Positions 18,257 to 27,153 of a DNA stretch of 56,739 nt are shown in pieces. This DNA comes from Firmicutes bacterium UBA2296 (GTDB lineage: Bacteria > Bacillota > UBA994): assembly GCA_002345475.1 (NCBI GenBank), contig DDWC01000133.1:1-56739 (forward strand), in the 5' to 3' direction. Both the position numbers and the translations under genes were made by a program. Position 1 is the first letter of the stretch. Each line of letters begins with the position of its first letter. The notes under the pieces were generated by a model, which did no database searches, had not been told where the DNA came from, and saw only the letters and a program-made list of their open reading frames with translations.

Positions 18257-19048
18257 GTGGACAGGATGGAGGAGATTATGGTGTCGGTGAGTGAGCGTCT
18301 GCAGGTCAAGAAGCTTAATTTTGGACGGGCAGAAAATGTGGGCGACGACGTCATAGTGGAAAGTCCTCTCTCTGTTCGAGTAAATGGTAACCGGATAGCC
18401 ACGATGATGTGTTCTCCGCTGGACCTGGACTATCTGGTAATTGGCTATTTGCTCTCTGCCGGCATGATCGATCAGAAGTCGCAGATAGAGTCTCTAAACA
18501 TCAATCATGAGGACGGTATCGCCAACGTTGTCATTCCTGGCTTCACCCCTGATCGGCTATCTACTGCCGCTCTCACCTCCGGCTGCGGCAAGGGGGAGAT
18601 CTACTTGGAGGTCATTCGTCATTGCCGGCGCAATATCACGGAGTTCCTGCTCGATCCCATATCTCTACAGAGTCAGATGTCCGATTTTAATAAGAGTTCC
18701 GAGCTCTTTCTGTCCACAGGAGGAGTGCACAGTTCAGCACTAAGCACAGGCAGTGAGATGCTGTTTCTTCATGAGGACATTGGGCGTCATAACGCCGTAG
18801 ACAAGGTAATAGGCCATGCGGCATCGTCTCTGGTCACACTGGAGGACAAAGTGCTACTGAGCAGCGGGCGTCTTTCCTCCGAAATCATGCTCAAGGCAGC
18901 TCGATGTAACATACCCGTGGTTGTCTCCCGCTCCGCCCCGACCTCTCTGGCCGTTGATTTGGCCAGAAGGCTCAATATTACCATGATTGGTTTCGCCAGA
19001 GGGAATAGAATGAGCATTTATGCAGGAGAGAGGCGCATAGATGCCTAA
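18257..19048 (+). CDS. fdhD: Formate dehydrogenase accessory sulfurtransferase FdhD
   Basis: LTSGCGKG, GGVHSSAL, GRHNAVDKVIG and VLLSSGRLSSEIMLKA motifs. The start could be the internal ATG at 18278. Confidence 0.85.
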   Translation: MDRMEEIMVSVSERLQVKKLNFGRAENVGDDVIVESPLSVRVNGNRIATMMCSPLDLDYLVIGYLLSAGMIDQKSQIESLNINHEDGIANVVIPGFTPDRLSTAALTSGCGKGEIYLEVIRHCRRNITEFLLDPISLQSQMSDFNKSSELFLSTGGVHSSALSTGSEMLFLHEDIGRHNAVDKVIGHAASSLVTLEDKVLLSSGRLSSEIMLKAARCNIPVVVSRSAPTSLAVDLARRLNITMIGFARGNRMSIYAGERRIDA

Positions 19049-19120
19049 CTAAGTTAAGATGGAATCATACGCGCTCTGTTCTTGTGGCAGGGTAGTTTCG
19101 GTCAGGGGGATGCTGATTAG

Positions 19121-19609
19121 ATGGACAATGCTTTCGCAACACAGCACAAGGAGGAACTGGGCAGGCTCAGAGAGCTGATAGGGCAGTACAGGGGCAGGCA
19201 TGGCGCACTAATCCCCGTCCTGCAGAAGGCACAGGACTTGTTTGGATATCTGCCAATAGAGGTGCAGGGTATTATTTCAGAGGGTCTTCGCATACCGTTG
19301 CCTGAAGTTTACGGTGTGGTGACCTTCTATTCGCAGTTCACTATGGTCAAGAAAGGTAAGCACCAGGTGGCTGTGTGCCTGGGCACCGCATGTTACATCA
19401 GGGGTGCCAAGGACATACTGGGAGAGATACAGTCGCGCCTGGGCATCGAAGTGGGGCAGACCACAGACGATGGGCTATTCACCATAGACGGGACTCGTTG
19501 TATTGGCGCGTGTGGTCTGGCTCCGGTCATCACCATCGACAAGGAAGTCTATGGGAGGCTGGAAGTCAGGCATATCAAAGGCATCTTGGAAAAGTATCGT
19601 GAGGATTAG
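19121..19609 (+). CDS. NuoE/HoxE-like [2Fe-2S] subunit of the NAD-linked formate dehydrogenase
   Basis: VCLGTACYIRG ... CIGACGLAP thioredoxin-like 2Fe-2S motif. Confidence 0.85.
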   Translation: MDNAFATQHKEELGRLRELIGQYRGRHGALIPVLQKAQDLFGYLPIEVQGIISEGLRIPLPEVYGVVTFYSQFTMVKKGKHQVAVCLGTACYIRGAKDILGEIQSRLGIEVGQTTDDGLFTIDGTRCIGACGLAPVITIDKEVYGRLEVRHIKGILEKYRED

Positions 19610-19621
19610 GGGGTTGAGCAG

Positions 19622-21427
19622 ATGACCACAGTGCAGGATTTGGCGCGAATCAAGGACCTTCAGTTATCCCAGCGCCGCGGCAAACGCGTGCTGGTCGGGC
19701 TGGCTACATGCGGTGTGGCAGCTGGGGCTGAAGCAATCAGAACAGAGCTGTTGGCTGCGGGTGAGAAGTTCGGCCTGAGCGATTTCGCCTTTGATCGCAC
19801 CGGATGCATCGGCCTCTGCGCGTATGAACCAATGATGGAAGTGCACCGTCAAGGGGAAGCTCCCTATTTCTATGTCAATCTGACACCCGAGCGCGTGCGT
19901 GAGATTGTCGAGGAAGATTTCTCCGGCGGCAGGAAACTGGACCAATACATTCTTGGCGGGGAACCTCTCAAATCACAGTTGCGCATTGCTTTGCGCAACT
20001 GCGGCGTCATAGACCCTGACAGCCTTGAAGATTATATCGCGCAGGATGGTTACCTGGCGCTTGGCACAGTTCTTTCGACCATGAAGCGGCCCGATATCGT
20101 GGATGTCATAAAAAGGTCGGGACTACGTGGCCGGGGTGGCGGAGGTTTCCCCACAGGCTTGAAGTGGGAGTTCACTGCAAAGGCCCCGGGTGATCACAAA
20201 TATGTCATCTGCAACGCTGACGAGGGCGACCCCGGGGCCTTTATGGACCGCTCCATTCTGGAGGGTGATCCCCACGCCGTAATTGAGGCCATGGCAATCG
20301 CCGCGTATGCCGTTGGAGCTTCCGAGGGGTACATATATGTGCGCGCCGAATACCCGCTGGCCGTAGACAGGCTCAATCGGGCCATAGCACAGGCAGAAGA
20401 GATGGGCCTGCTGGGAGAAGGGATTATGGGCAGCGAGTTCTCGTTCCACCTTCATCTTAAGCTTGGTTCCGGTGCCTTCGTTTGCGGCGAAGAGACAGCG
20501 CTTATTGCCTCGATAGAGGGCCAGCGCGGCATGCCCCGACCCCGCCCCCCTTTCCCCGCAAGCAAGGGCCTCTGGGGAAAACCCACTCTCATCAATAACG
20601 TGGAGACGTTTGCCAATGTCCCGACAATCATTCGAAACGGTGCCGACTGGTTTGCCGCCATTGGAACCGACAAGTCCAAAGGAACCAAGGTGTTTGCCCT
20701 GGGCGGCAATATCAACAAGACCGGACTGGTGGAAGTGCCCATGGGTACCAGGCTTCGGGAAGTAGTCTATGACATCGGTGGAGGTCTGCCCGGAGGAAAG
20801 GCATTTAAAGCTGCACAGACAGGTGGCCCTTCGGGAGGCTGCATTCCTGCCGCACACATCGACACTCCCATAGACTACGACTCACTTCTGGCCATCGGTT
20901 CCATGATGGGTTCCGGCGGGCTAATTGTCATTGACGAGCACGCCTGCATGGTTGATGTCGCCCGTTTCTTCCTGGAGTTTACGGTGGACGAGTCCTGTGG
21001 CAAGTGCCCTCCCTGCCGTGTGGGTACACGCCGCATGTTGCAGGTTTTGGAGCGCATTACCGCCGGACAGGGGACAGAGGAAGACATAGTTAAACTGAAG
21101 GATCTGGCAGAAGGGATGAAGCTTGGCTCGCTTTGCGGTCTGGGCCAGAGTGCCCCGAATCCCGTCATGTCTACATTGCGCTATTTTGAGGATGAGTACT
21201 ACGCCCACGTGCGCGAAAAGCGTTGCCCAGCCGGGGTTTGTACAGCCATTACCAAGTACTGGATAGATCCGGAGAAGTGTCGCGGTTGTACCCTTTGCGT
21301 CAAGGTGTGTCCGGTTTCGGCGATTACAGGTAAGGTTAAAGAGATACATGAGATTGAGAGAGACGCCTGCATCAGCTGTGGGGCATGCCAGGAAAAGTGT
21401 CCATTTGATGCCATCAGCAGGCGATAG
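19622..21427 (+). CDS. NuoF/HoxF-like NAD(H)/FMN subunit with extra N-terminal 2Fe-2S and C-terminal 2x[4Fe-4S] domains
   Basis: GRGGGGFPTGLKW, CGKCPPCRVG, C-terminal CRGCTLCVKVCP and CISCGACQEKCP. Confidence 0.9.
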   Translation: MTTVQDLARIKDLQLSQRRGKRVLVGLATCGVAAGAEAIRTELLAAGEKFGLSDFAFDRTGCIGLCAYEPMMEVHRQGEAPYFYVNLTPERVREIVEEDFSGGRKLDQYILGGEPLKSQLRIALRNCGVIDPDSLEDYIAQDGYLALGTVLSTMKRPDIVDVIKRSGLRGRGGGGFPTGLKWEFTAKAPGDHKYVICNADEGDPGAFMDRSILEGDPHAVIEAMAIAAYAVGASEGYIYVRAEYPLAVDRLNRAIAQAEEMGLLGEGIMGSEFSFHLHLKLGSGAFVCGEETALIASIEGQRGMPRPRPPFPASKGLWGKPTLINNVETFANVPTIIRNGADWFAAIGTDKSKGTKVFALGGNINKTGLVEVPMGTRLREVVYDIGGGLPGGKAFKAAQTGGPSGGCIPAAHIDTPIDYDSLLAIGSMMGSGGLIVIDEHACMVDVARFFLEFTVDESCGKCPPCRVGTRRMLQVLERITAGQGTEEDIVKLKDLAEGMKLGSLCGLGQSAPNPVMSTLRYFEDEYYAHVREKRCPAGVCTAITKYWIDPEKCRGCTLCVKVCPVSAITGKVKEIHEIERDACISCGACQEKCPFDAISRR

Positions 21428-21434
21428 GAGGGAT

Positions 21435-24131
21435 ATGATTTTGACTGAAATACGAGTTAAAATCGACAACGTGACTTATACGGCTCCAGAGGGTGTTACC
21501 ATTCTTGAGATCGCTCGAGCCAATGGGGTGGAAGTACCAACGCTTTGTTATCACCCTAAGCTGTCCATCGTCGGCGCCTGCAGAATGTGCGTGGTCGAAG
21601 TGGCAGGATCCCGGGGCTTGATGACTGCCTGCTCAACGGTAGCGGTGGACGGCATGGAAGTGAACACACGGACCGATGCCGTGGTCAAGTCACGGCGCAA
21701 CGTTTTGGAGCTCCTGCTCTCCGACCACCCGATGGAGTGCCTAACCTGCGAAGCGGCAGGGAAGTGCTCTCTGCAGAAATACGCCTATGAGTATAGTGTC
21801 ACCGGTGCCACCTACCAGGCAGAGCCGCGTGATCATGATCTGGATAGCAGCAACCCATTCTACCTGCGCGACATGCGCATGTGCATAACCTGCGGTCAAT
21901 GCGTCAGAGTTTGCGACGAGATTGTGGGAGCCAGTGCGCTTGGTTTCTCCGAGCGAGGGGACAGGACTTTTGTTGGGCCTGCCTTTGGGCACAACATCAC
22001 GGATACCACCTGCGTATCTTGTGGAAGCTGTGTGGATTTTTGTCCCACCACAGCTCTGACCAGCACGCACGGTCGCAACCGACTGCGCACTGCCAACATC
22101 CGGAAAGTGACCACCACCTGCGGCTACTGCGGGGTGGGTTGTCAAATAAACCTGTTGGTAGACAGAAACGAGATTCTCGGTGTGGAACCGGTGGAAGGTC
22201 CTGCTAATGACGGCTTCCTTTGCGTCAAGGGCAAGTACGGCTTCAATTTTGTTAACCACCCAGACCGCCTGAAAACGCCTCTCGTTCGCAGGAACGGCCA
22301 ACTTGTTGAGGCATCATGGGACGAAGCGCTAGAGCTTGTGGCGCGAAAGTTTTCCAGCATTATTGACCAGCACGGCCGACAAAGTATCATGTCTCTCTCG
22401 TCCGCCCGCTGCACGAACGAAGAGAATTACTTGATGCAGAAGCTGTTTCGCGCAGTGATCGGCAATAACAATATCGATCATTGCGCTCGCCTTTGACACT
22501 CACCCACTGTTGCCGGTCTGGCAACAACACTGGGTAGTGGCGCCATGACCAACAGTATAGCTGAGGTCAAGGAGAATGACGTTCTGTTCTTAATAGGCAC
22601 CAATACAGCCGAAAATCACCCCGTCATCTGGTATCAAATGGTGCGGGCTTTGCGCAAAGGGGCTAAACTCATCGTCGCCGACCCCCGGGAAACCATCCCG
22701 GCTAGACGGGCCGATATGTTTCTGCAACTAAGGCCCGGAACAAACATTGCACTAATTAACGGCATCATCCACGTGATTATCTCTGAAGGCCTCTATGATG
22801 CGGCTTATGTGGAGGCGAACACCACTGGGTTTGTGGAGTTGAGCCGTGCAGTGGCCGCCTACACCCCGGACTACGTGTCACAGATTACTTCAGTTCCCGC
22901 GGAGCTTATTGTTTCGGCAGCGCGCACCTACGCTGCCGGTGAGCGAGCTGGCGTCTATTATGCCATGGGTATTACCCAACACAGCACGGGTGTAGATACG
23001 GTACAGGCGCTGTCCAATCTGGCCCTGATTATGGGGAACATTGGCAAGGAGTTCTCGGGGCTTAACCCGCTCAGGGGACAAAGCAACGTCCAGGGAGCCT
23101 GTGACATGGGCGCGTTGCCCAATGTCTTCCCCGGCTATCAGAGCGTGGACAACCCGGAGATAATCGAGAAATTCGAGAGAGCGTGGGGCGTCAAGTTGTC
23201 CTCGCAACGTGGTGTCCGGGCGACCGAGGTGGGAGAGGCTGTTGGCAAGGGAGACATAAGGGCTCTGTACATAATGGGCGAAAATATCATGGTCTCCGAT
23301 CCTGATGTAGCCCACGTTGAAAAGGCCCTGAAGAGCCTCGATTTTCTTGTGGTACAGGATATCTTCCTCACCGAGACCGCAGCACTGGCTGATGTCGTTT
23401 TGCCTGCGGCCTGCTTCGCCGAAAAGGACGGTACCTTCACCAACACGGAGCGGAGAGTACAGAGACTTGTCAAGGCAGTCGATGCGCCTGGGCAAGCCAG
23501 AGCCGACTGGGAAATAATCAGTGAGTTGATCAGGCGCCTGGGTCATGACGCCCCATATAGCGGGCCTGAGGACATCATGCGCGAAATAGCTGCCCTTACA
23601 CCTCAATATGGTGGCATCGCATATCCCCGCATATCCAGAGTGGGTCTACAATGGCCTTGCCCGGACGAGGACCATCCAGGTACCAGGTACTTGCACAGCA
23701 AGGGGATTGCCCGTGGTAAGGGGTTAGTTATGCCCGTACAGCATGCCGAAGCTCAGGAATTGACCGACGCCGACTACCCCCTCATCCTCACCACCGGACG
23801 CATTATCTACCACTATCACACGCGTAGCATGACAGGCAGGGTGGAGGGCCTTCATGAATTGGCACCACAGAGTTTTGTGGAAATCAGTCCTGCTACTGCG
23901 GAGCAGTTCTCCGTTGAGGACGGTGAGACAGTTTCAGTCAGCTCGCGGCGAGGCACCATCGAAACGACGGCACGGGTCACGCCTCGCATAAAAGATGGAG
24001 TTGTGTTCATTCCATTTCATTTTGCCCAGGGCAACGCCAATGTGTTGACCAACGTGGCTCTGGACCCTGTGGCACAAATCCCCGAACTCAAGGTCGCTGC
24101 AGTGCGCATTTGTCCGGCTACAGCCAAATAG
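21435..24131 (+). CDS. fdhA: Cytoplasmic formate dehydrogenase catalytic subunit with NuoG-like N-terminus, selenocysteine-containing (UGA at 22494-22496)
   Basis: AGGAGGG RBS. 2Fe-2S CYHPKLSIVGACRMC, CITCGQCVRVC, CVSCGSCVDFCP and TTCGYCGVGC. HCARL-U-HSPTVAGL. ORFs 21348-22496 and 22545-24131 are in frame. No Tat signal. Confidence 0.9.
22494..22540 (+). promoter_or_regulatory. UGA(Sec) codon plus bacterial SECIS hairpin
   Basis: CCCACUGUUGCC-GGUCU-GGCAACAACACUGGG, with the same GGUCU apical loop as the first site. Confidence 0.8.
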
Positions 24132-24151
24132 GGCACTGAGGAGGTGCAGCC

Positions 24152-24556
24152 ATGAATGAGCATACCGATACGCCAGAAAAACATGAGACGTCTCTCAATC
24201 TGGTCCCTGCGCAAGCGCTTAAGACAACGAAATACCGATACGCTGGTGAGCCTATGGAAGTGGAATACTGGACTGAAGAGTTTGCTTCGCTGTGTCCGCA
24301 GGATGGATCCCTTAAGACCGGTAGCCTTTTTGTCCGCTACGTGCCTTTTGCGCATCTCATAGAGTTGACATCGCTCGGGACATATTTGTCGAGCTATCGC
24401 AAGCTGGCCATACTGCATGAACACGCCGTTAAGAGAATTCTTGACGATCTGGTGAAGCTTTGCCAGCCCAAGTCCATGACGGTGGAGGCTGACTTTGCCC
24501 TGCAGGAAAGCATGGGCGTGAGAGCCAAAGCACATTACCAGAGGCGCGGAGCTTAG
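24152..24556 (+). CDS. QueF-like T-fold protein (preQ0 reductase family, diverged motifs)
   Basis: EEFASLCPQDG...FVRYVP...IELTSLGTYLSSYR...LHEH is collinear with B. subtilis QueF PEFTSLCPKTGQPD...ISYIP...VESKSLKLYLFSFR...FHED. Starts 20 nt after the fdhA stop. Confidence 0.55.
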   Translation: MNEHTDTPEKHETSLNLVPAQALKTTKYRYAGEPMEVEYWTEEFASLCPQDGSLKTGSLFVRYVPFAHLIELTSLGTYLSSYRKLAILHEHAVKRILDDLVKLCQPKSMTVEADFALQESMGVRAKAHYQRRGA

Positions 24557-24563
24557 GCATCCC

Positions 24564-25262
24564 ATGCACAAAAAACTTGCCCTATTTTTTGGGGCCATTC
24601 TGGCACTATCCGTCTTCCTGTCTTTCACCACAGCCATGTTGCACAGACAGAGCTATAATCTGAACTATTTCGAAAGATCCTTTGTTCGTTATGGGATACC
24701 GGAAGACATGGGTGTTGAGCTGGGCGAACTCATGACCTATGCGGTTCTGCTCACAGATTATCTCAGAGGCGAAATCGACAGCCCTAACACCCACACCACA
24801 GCGCGGGGTCGTAGCGGACCCCTTTATGGAGAACGAGAAATCATTCACCTCGAAGATGTTCGCGACCTGTTCGATTTAAGCCGCTCGATTCAGAGTGTCG
24901 CCACCCTCGTGTCGCTGCTAATCGCAGGCGTGGCACTGTGGCGCAAAGCTGTTGCCGGCGTTGCCAGGGGAGCCTTGCTCGGAGGACTGGGCCTCGTGGG
25001 AATACTTGCCTTGGTTGCTTTACTGGCGGCCGCGGACTTTGAGCGCTACTTCATCATCTTTCACGAACTATCATTCAGCAATGACCTGTGGATGCTAGAC
25101 CCAAACACCGAATTTCTCATCCGCATGTTTCCGGAGCCGTTCTTCTCAGGCATGGCCGGCAGGATAGCCGCGGCCCTGGGGGGTTGTTACGCTGCCTTCC
25201 TGGCGGGATGCTTCTGGTTGACGTCGCGAGGCGATGTGGCAAGGAAAGGAAGATCTGCATGA
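24564..25262 (+). CDS. Integral membrane protein, probably TIGR01906/DUF1461 (Lit-like) family
   Basis: N-terminal TM, soluble loop, three C-terminal TMs, FHELSFSNDLWMLDP motif. Family assignment is from memory. Confidence 0.45.
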   Translation: MHKKLALFFGAILALSVFLSFTTAMLHRQSYNLNYFERSFVRYGIPEDMGVELGELMTYAVLLTDYLRGEIDSPNTHTTARGRSGPLYGEREIIHLEDVRDLFDLSRSIQSVATLVSLLIAGVALWRKAVAGVARGALLGGLGLVGILALVALLAAADFERYFIIFHELSFSNDLWMLDPNTEFLIRMFPEPFFSGMAGRIAAALGGCYAAFLAGCFWLTSRGDVARKGRSA

Positions 25263-26473
25263 AGGCCAACAAACACAGGTTGATATTGCTTTCCTATCTG
25301 TTGGCGCTGGTGGCTGCCGGCCTCTTGTGGCCGGGCGGCGACATCCTGCCGGAATGGGGACGAGTCATTACGTCGCCAGGCGTGCTCATCACCGATTACT
25401 TCGCCCTGGCTGGTCCTCGAGCGGCTCTGGTTAACTCAGGCGTCGTAGGCCTGATGGGGCTTGCCCTGTTGACCATCGTCGGCACACAGATTTCCGGTGG
25501 CGCTATCGCGGCAGTTTTCATCATGGCTGGCTTCGCTCTCTTTGGCAAGACACCTCTAAACGTCTTGCCGATTTTCCTCGGGGTCTACCTATTCAGCGTG
25601 GCTAAGCAGGGCAGATTTCAGTCCTATGTACTGGTAGCAATGTTTGGCACGGCTCTGGGGCCCCTGGTCAGTCACATTATGTTCGGACTGGGAGTGCACT
25701 GGCTTTGGGGCCTTCTGGCAGGAGTTGCGGTAGGTTTCGTATTGCCGGCTCTCGCGCCACACTTGCTGCACAATCATCAGGGATACAATCTTTACAACGT
25801 GGGGTTCGCAGCAGGAATAGTTGGCATGTTTGCTCTAGCCTTGCTCAAATCCTTTGGCTACACAGCTTCCCCGGTGCTTTATTGGAGCACGGAGTACAGT
25901 CTGCCCCTCTTCCTGTTCTTTTCAGTCTACTTCGCCTCCATGATAGTCCTCGGTCTGACCACAGGCGCCACAGTGAAGAAACTCAAAAGCTTAATGGCGT
26001 TGCCAGGCGCCATGGTCACAGACTTCACTATCCAGGTCGACTATGCTACCACGTATCTGAACATGGGCCTCCTCGGTTTGCTGGGCCTTGGCTACTGTTT
26101 CCTGATAGCAGGGTCGCTAAATGGACCACTGCTGGGGGGAGTCCTCACTATGGTTGGCTTCGCCGCCTTTGGCAAGCATCTGCGCAACTCAGTGCCAATC
26201 ATGCTCGGCGTCTATCTGGCTACCTTTGTGCAAGTAGTCGCTCCCGCAGATCCCGGGCCAATGCTCGCGGCCCTGTTTGGCACCTGCCTTGCTCCGCTTT
26301 CTGGCGCCTTTGGCCCCCTGGTCGGCCTGCTGGCTGGCTTTTTGCACCTTGCCGTGGTCTCACACGTTGGCATAATGCATGGCGGCATGAACCTGTATAA
26401 TAACGGCCTGGCCGCGGGATTTGTAGCTACTCTCATGGTGGTCATGATTCGATCCTTTACGGAAAAGAGGTAG
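25259..26473 (+). CDS. Polytopic membrane protein with an internal duplication (probably DUF1576 family)
   Basis: ATGA overlap with the upstream gene. The two halves share MAGFALFGKTPLNVLPIFLGVYL and MVGFAAFGKHLRNSVPIMLGVYL. The ORF-track extension to 25088 lies inside the previous gene. Confidence 0.5.
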   Translation: MKANKHRLILLSYLLALVAAGLLWPGGDILPEWGRVITSPGVLITDYFALAGPRAALVNSGVVGLMGLALLTIVGTQISGGAIAAVFIMAGFALFGKTPLNVLPIFLGVYLFSVAKQGRFQSYVLVAMFGTALGPLVSHIMFGLGVHWLWGLLAGVAVGFVLPALAPHLLHNHQGYNLYNVGFAAGIVGMFALALLKSFGYTASPVLYWSTEYSLPLFLFFSVYFASMIVLGLTTGATVKKLKSLMALPGAMVTDFTIQVDYATTYLNMGLLGLLGLGYCFLIAGSLNGPLLGGVLTMVGFAAFGKHLRNSVPIMLGVYLATFVQVVAPADPGPMLAALFGTCLAPLSGAFGPLVGLLAGFLHLAVVSHVGIMHGGMNLYNNGLAAGFVATLMVVMIRSFTEKR

Positions 26474-26477
26474 TCAC

Positions 26478-26843
26478 ATGAACATACAAAAGGCGATCGT
26501 CCGCCGTATAACCGATGCTCTGGTGGCCAATGCCATTGACACCGGAGCCTCCCTTATTGAAACCGAAATTTTTGACGATGGCGATGGAGTGACTATTCGC
26601 GTAACCGATAATGGAGGCGGCATGAGCGAGGAAGTCAGGCAAGCAGCCCTGCGCGATCTTAATCAGGAACGCCGTGACGAGTACGATCAGTATTATGGGC
26701 AACTGGCCGGGCAAGGCTCATCCGGTCGTGGCCTGGTAATCGTCGGCTATATGATTGATCGCGCCACGATTACCTGTACACCTCACGGCTGGACAGTGGT
26801 CGAGGTGCACCGGGAAAGACGGGATAAGAAGCGAAAGAAATAA
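26478..26843 (+). CDS. Stand-alone GHKL/HATPase_c-like ATP-binding mini-protein (121 aa)
   Basis: N-box-like LVANAID, G1 box RVTDNGGGM, G2-like GSSGRGL. No DHp or sensor domain. Lys/Arg-rich tail. Confidence 0.55.
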   Translation: MNIQKAIVRRITDALVANAIDTGASLIETEIFDDGDGVTIRVTDNGGGMSEEVRQAALRDLNQERRDEYDQYYGQLAGQGSSGRGLVIVGYMIDRATITCTPHGWTVVEVHRERRDKKRKK

Positions 26844-26853
26844 CCTTGTGGAC

Positions 26854-26892
26854 ATATTAAAGGCGCGGGACTGTCTCCCGCGCCTTTAATAT
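26854..26892. terminator. Strong hairpin terminator
   Basis: Perfect 17-bp stem ATATTAAAGGCGCGGGA / TCCCGCGCCTTTAATAT with loop CTGTC. Confidence 0.75.
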
Positions 26893-26912
26893 GTCTGTTG
26901 TCTGTTGTCTGT
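26892..26912. repeat. 3 x TGTCTGT tandem heptamer
   Basis: Exact copies at 26892-98, 26899-905 and 26906-12, directly after the terminator. Confidence 0.8.
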
Positions 26913-27107
26913 CGCCTGCGGCATCGTTTCTGGTTCCTTGTTCTTGGCTCCTCGAAGGACGACGGTACAAGAAAGTGCATGCCTTGCGATTTCAGGACGT
27001 TGCTCCGATAAGGTAAAGCATCTCGAGCCGGGGCCCTCGAATCCGCTGTGGTATCTGTGTCCTCACGCCAGTGGTGTCAGTGTCCGGTGTTCCATTCCCC
27101 TCTCTTA

Positions 27108-27153
27108 CTCACCAAGCTCACCAAGCGCTAAGCGCCAAGCGCTATTCGCTAAA
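27108..27153. repeat. Tandem 9-mer x2 (CTCACCAAG) followed by 7-mer x4 (CGCTAAG/CGCCAAG/CGCTATT/CGCTAAA), overlapping the stop codon of the minus-strand gene
   Basis: Read directly. On the minus strand this gives UAG/UAG/UGG/UAG at 7-nt spacing, the first being the stop codon at 27149-27151. Confidence 0.8.

Noticed and set aside
20123-20857. Long antisense or alternative-frame ORFs inside strong genes. Examples: 20123-20857(-), 22890-23606(-), 25705-26400(+), 28324-29160(+), 33868-34659(-), 44299-45000(+), 55324-55908(-).
   Set aside because: They lie wholly within well-supported conserved genes on the other strand or frame. Their composition is Arg/Ser/Pro-rich and low-complexity, and they have no RBS. 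They are shadow ORFs typical of DNA at this GC content.
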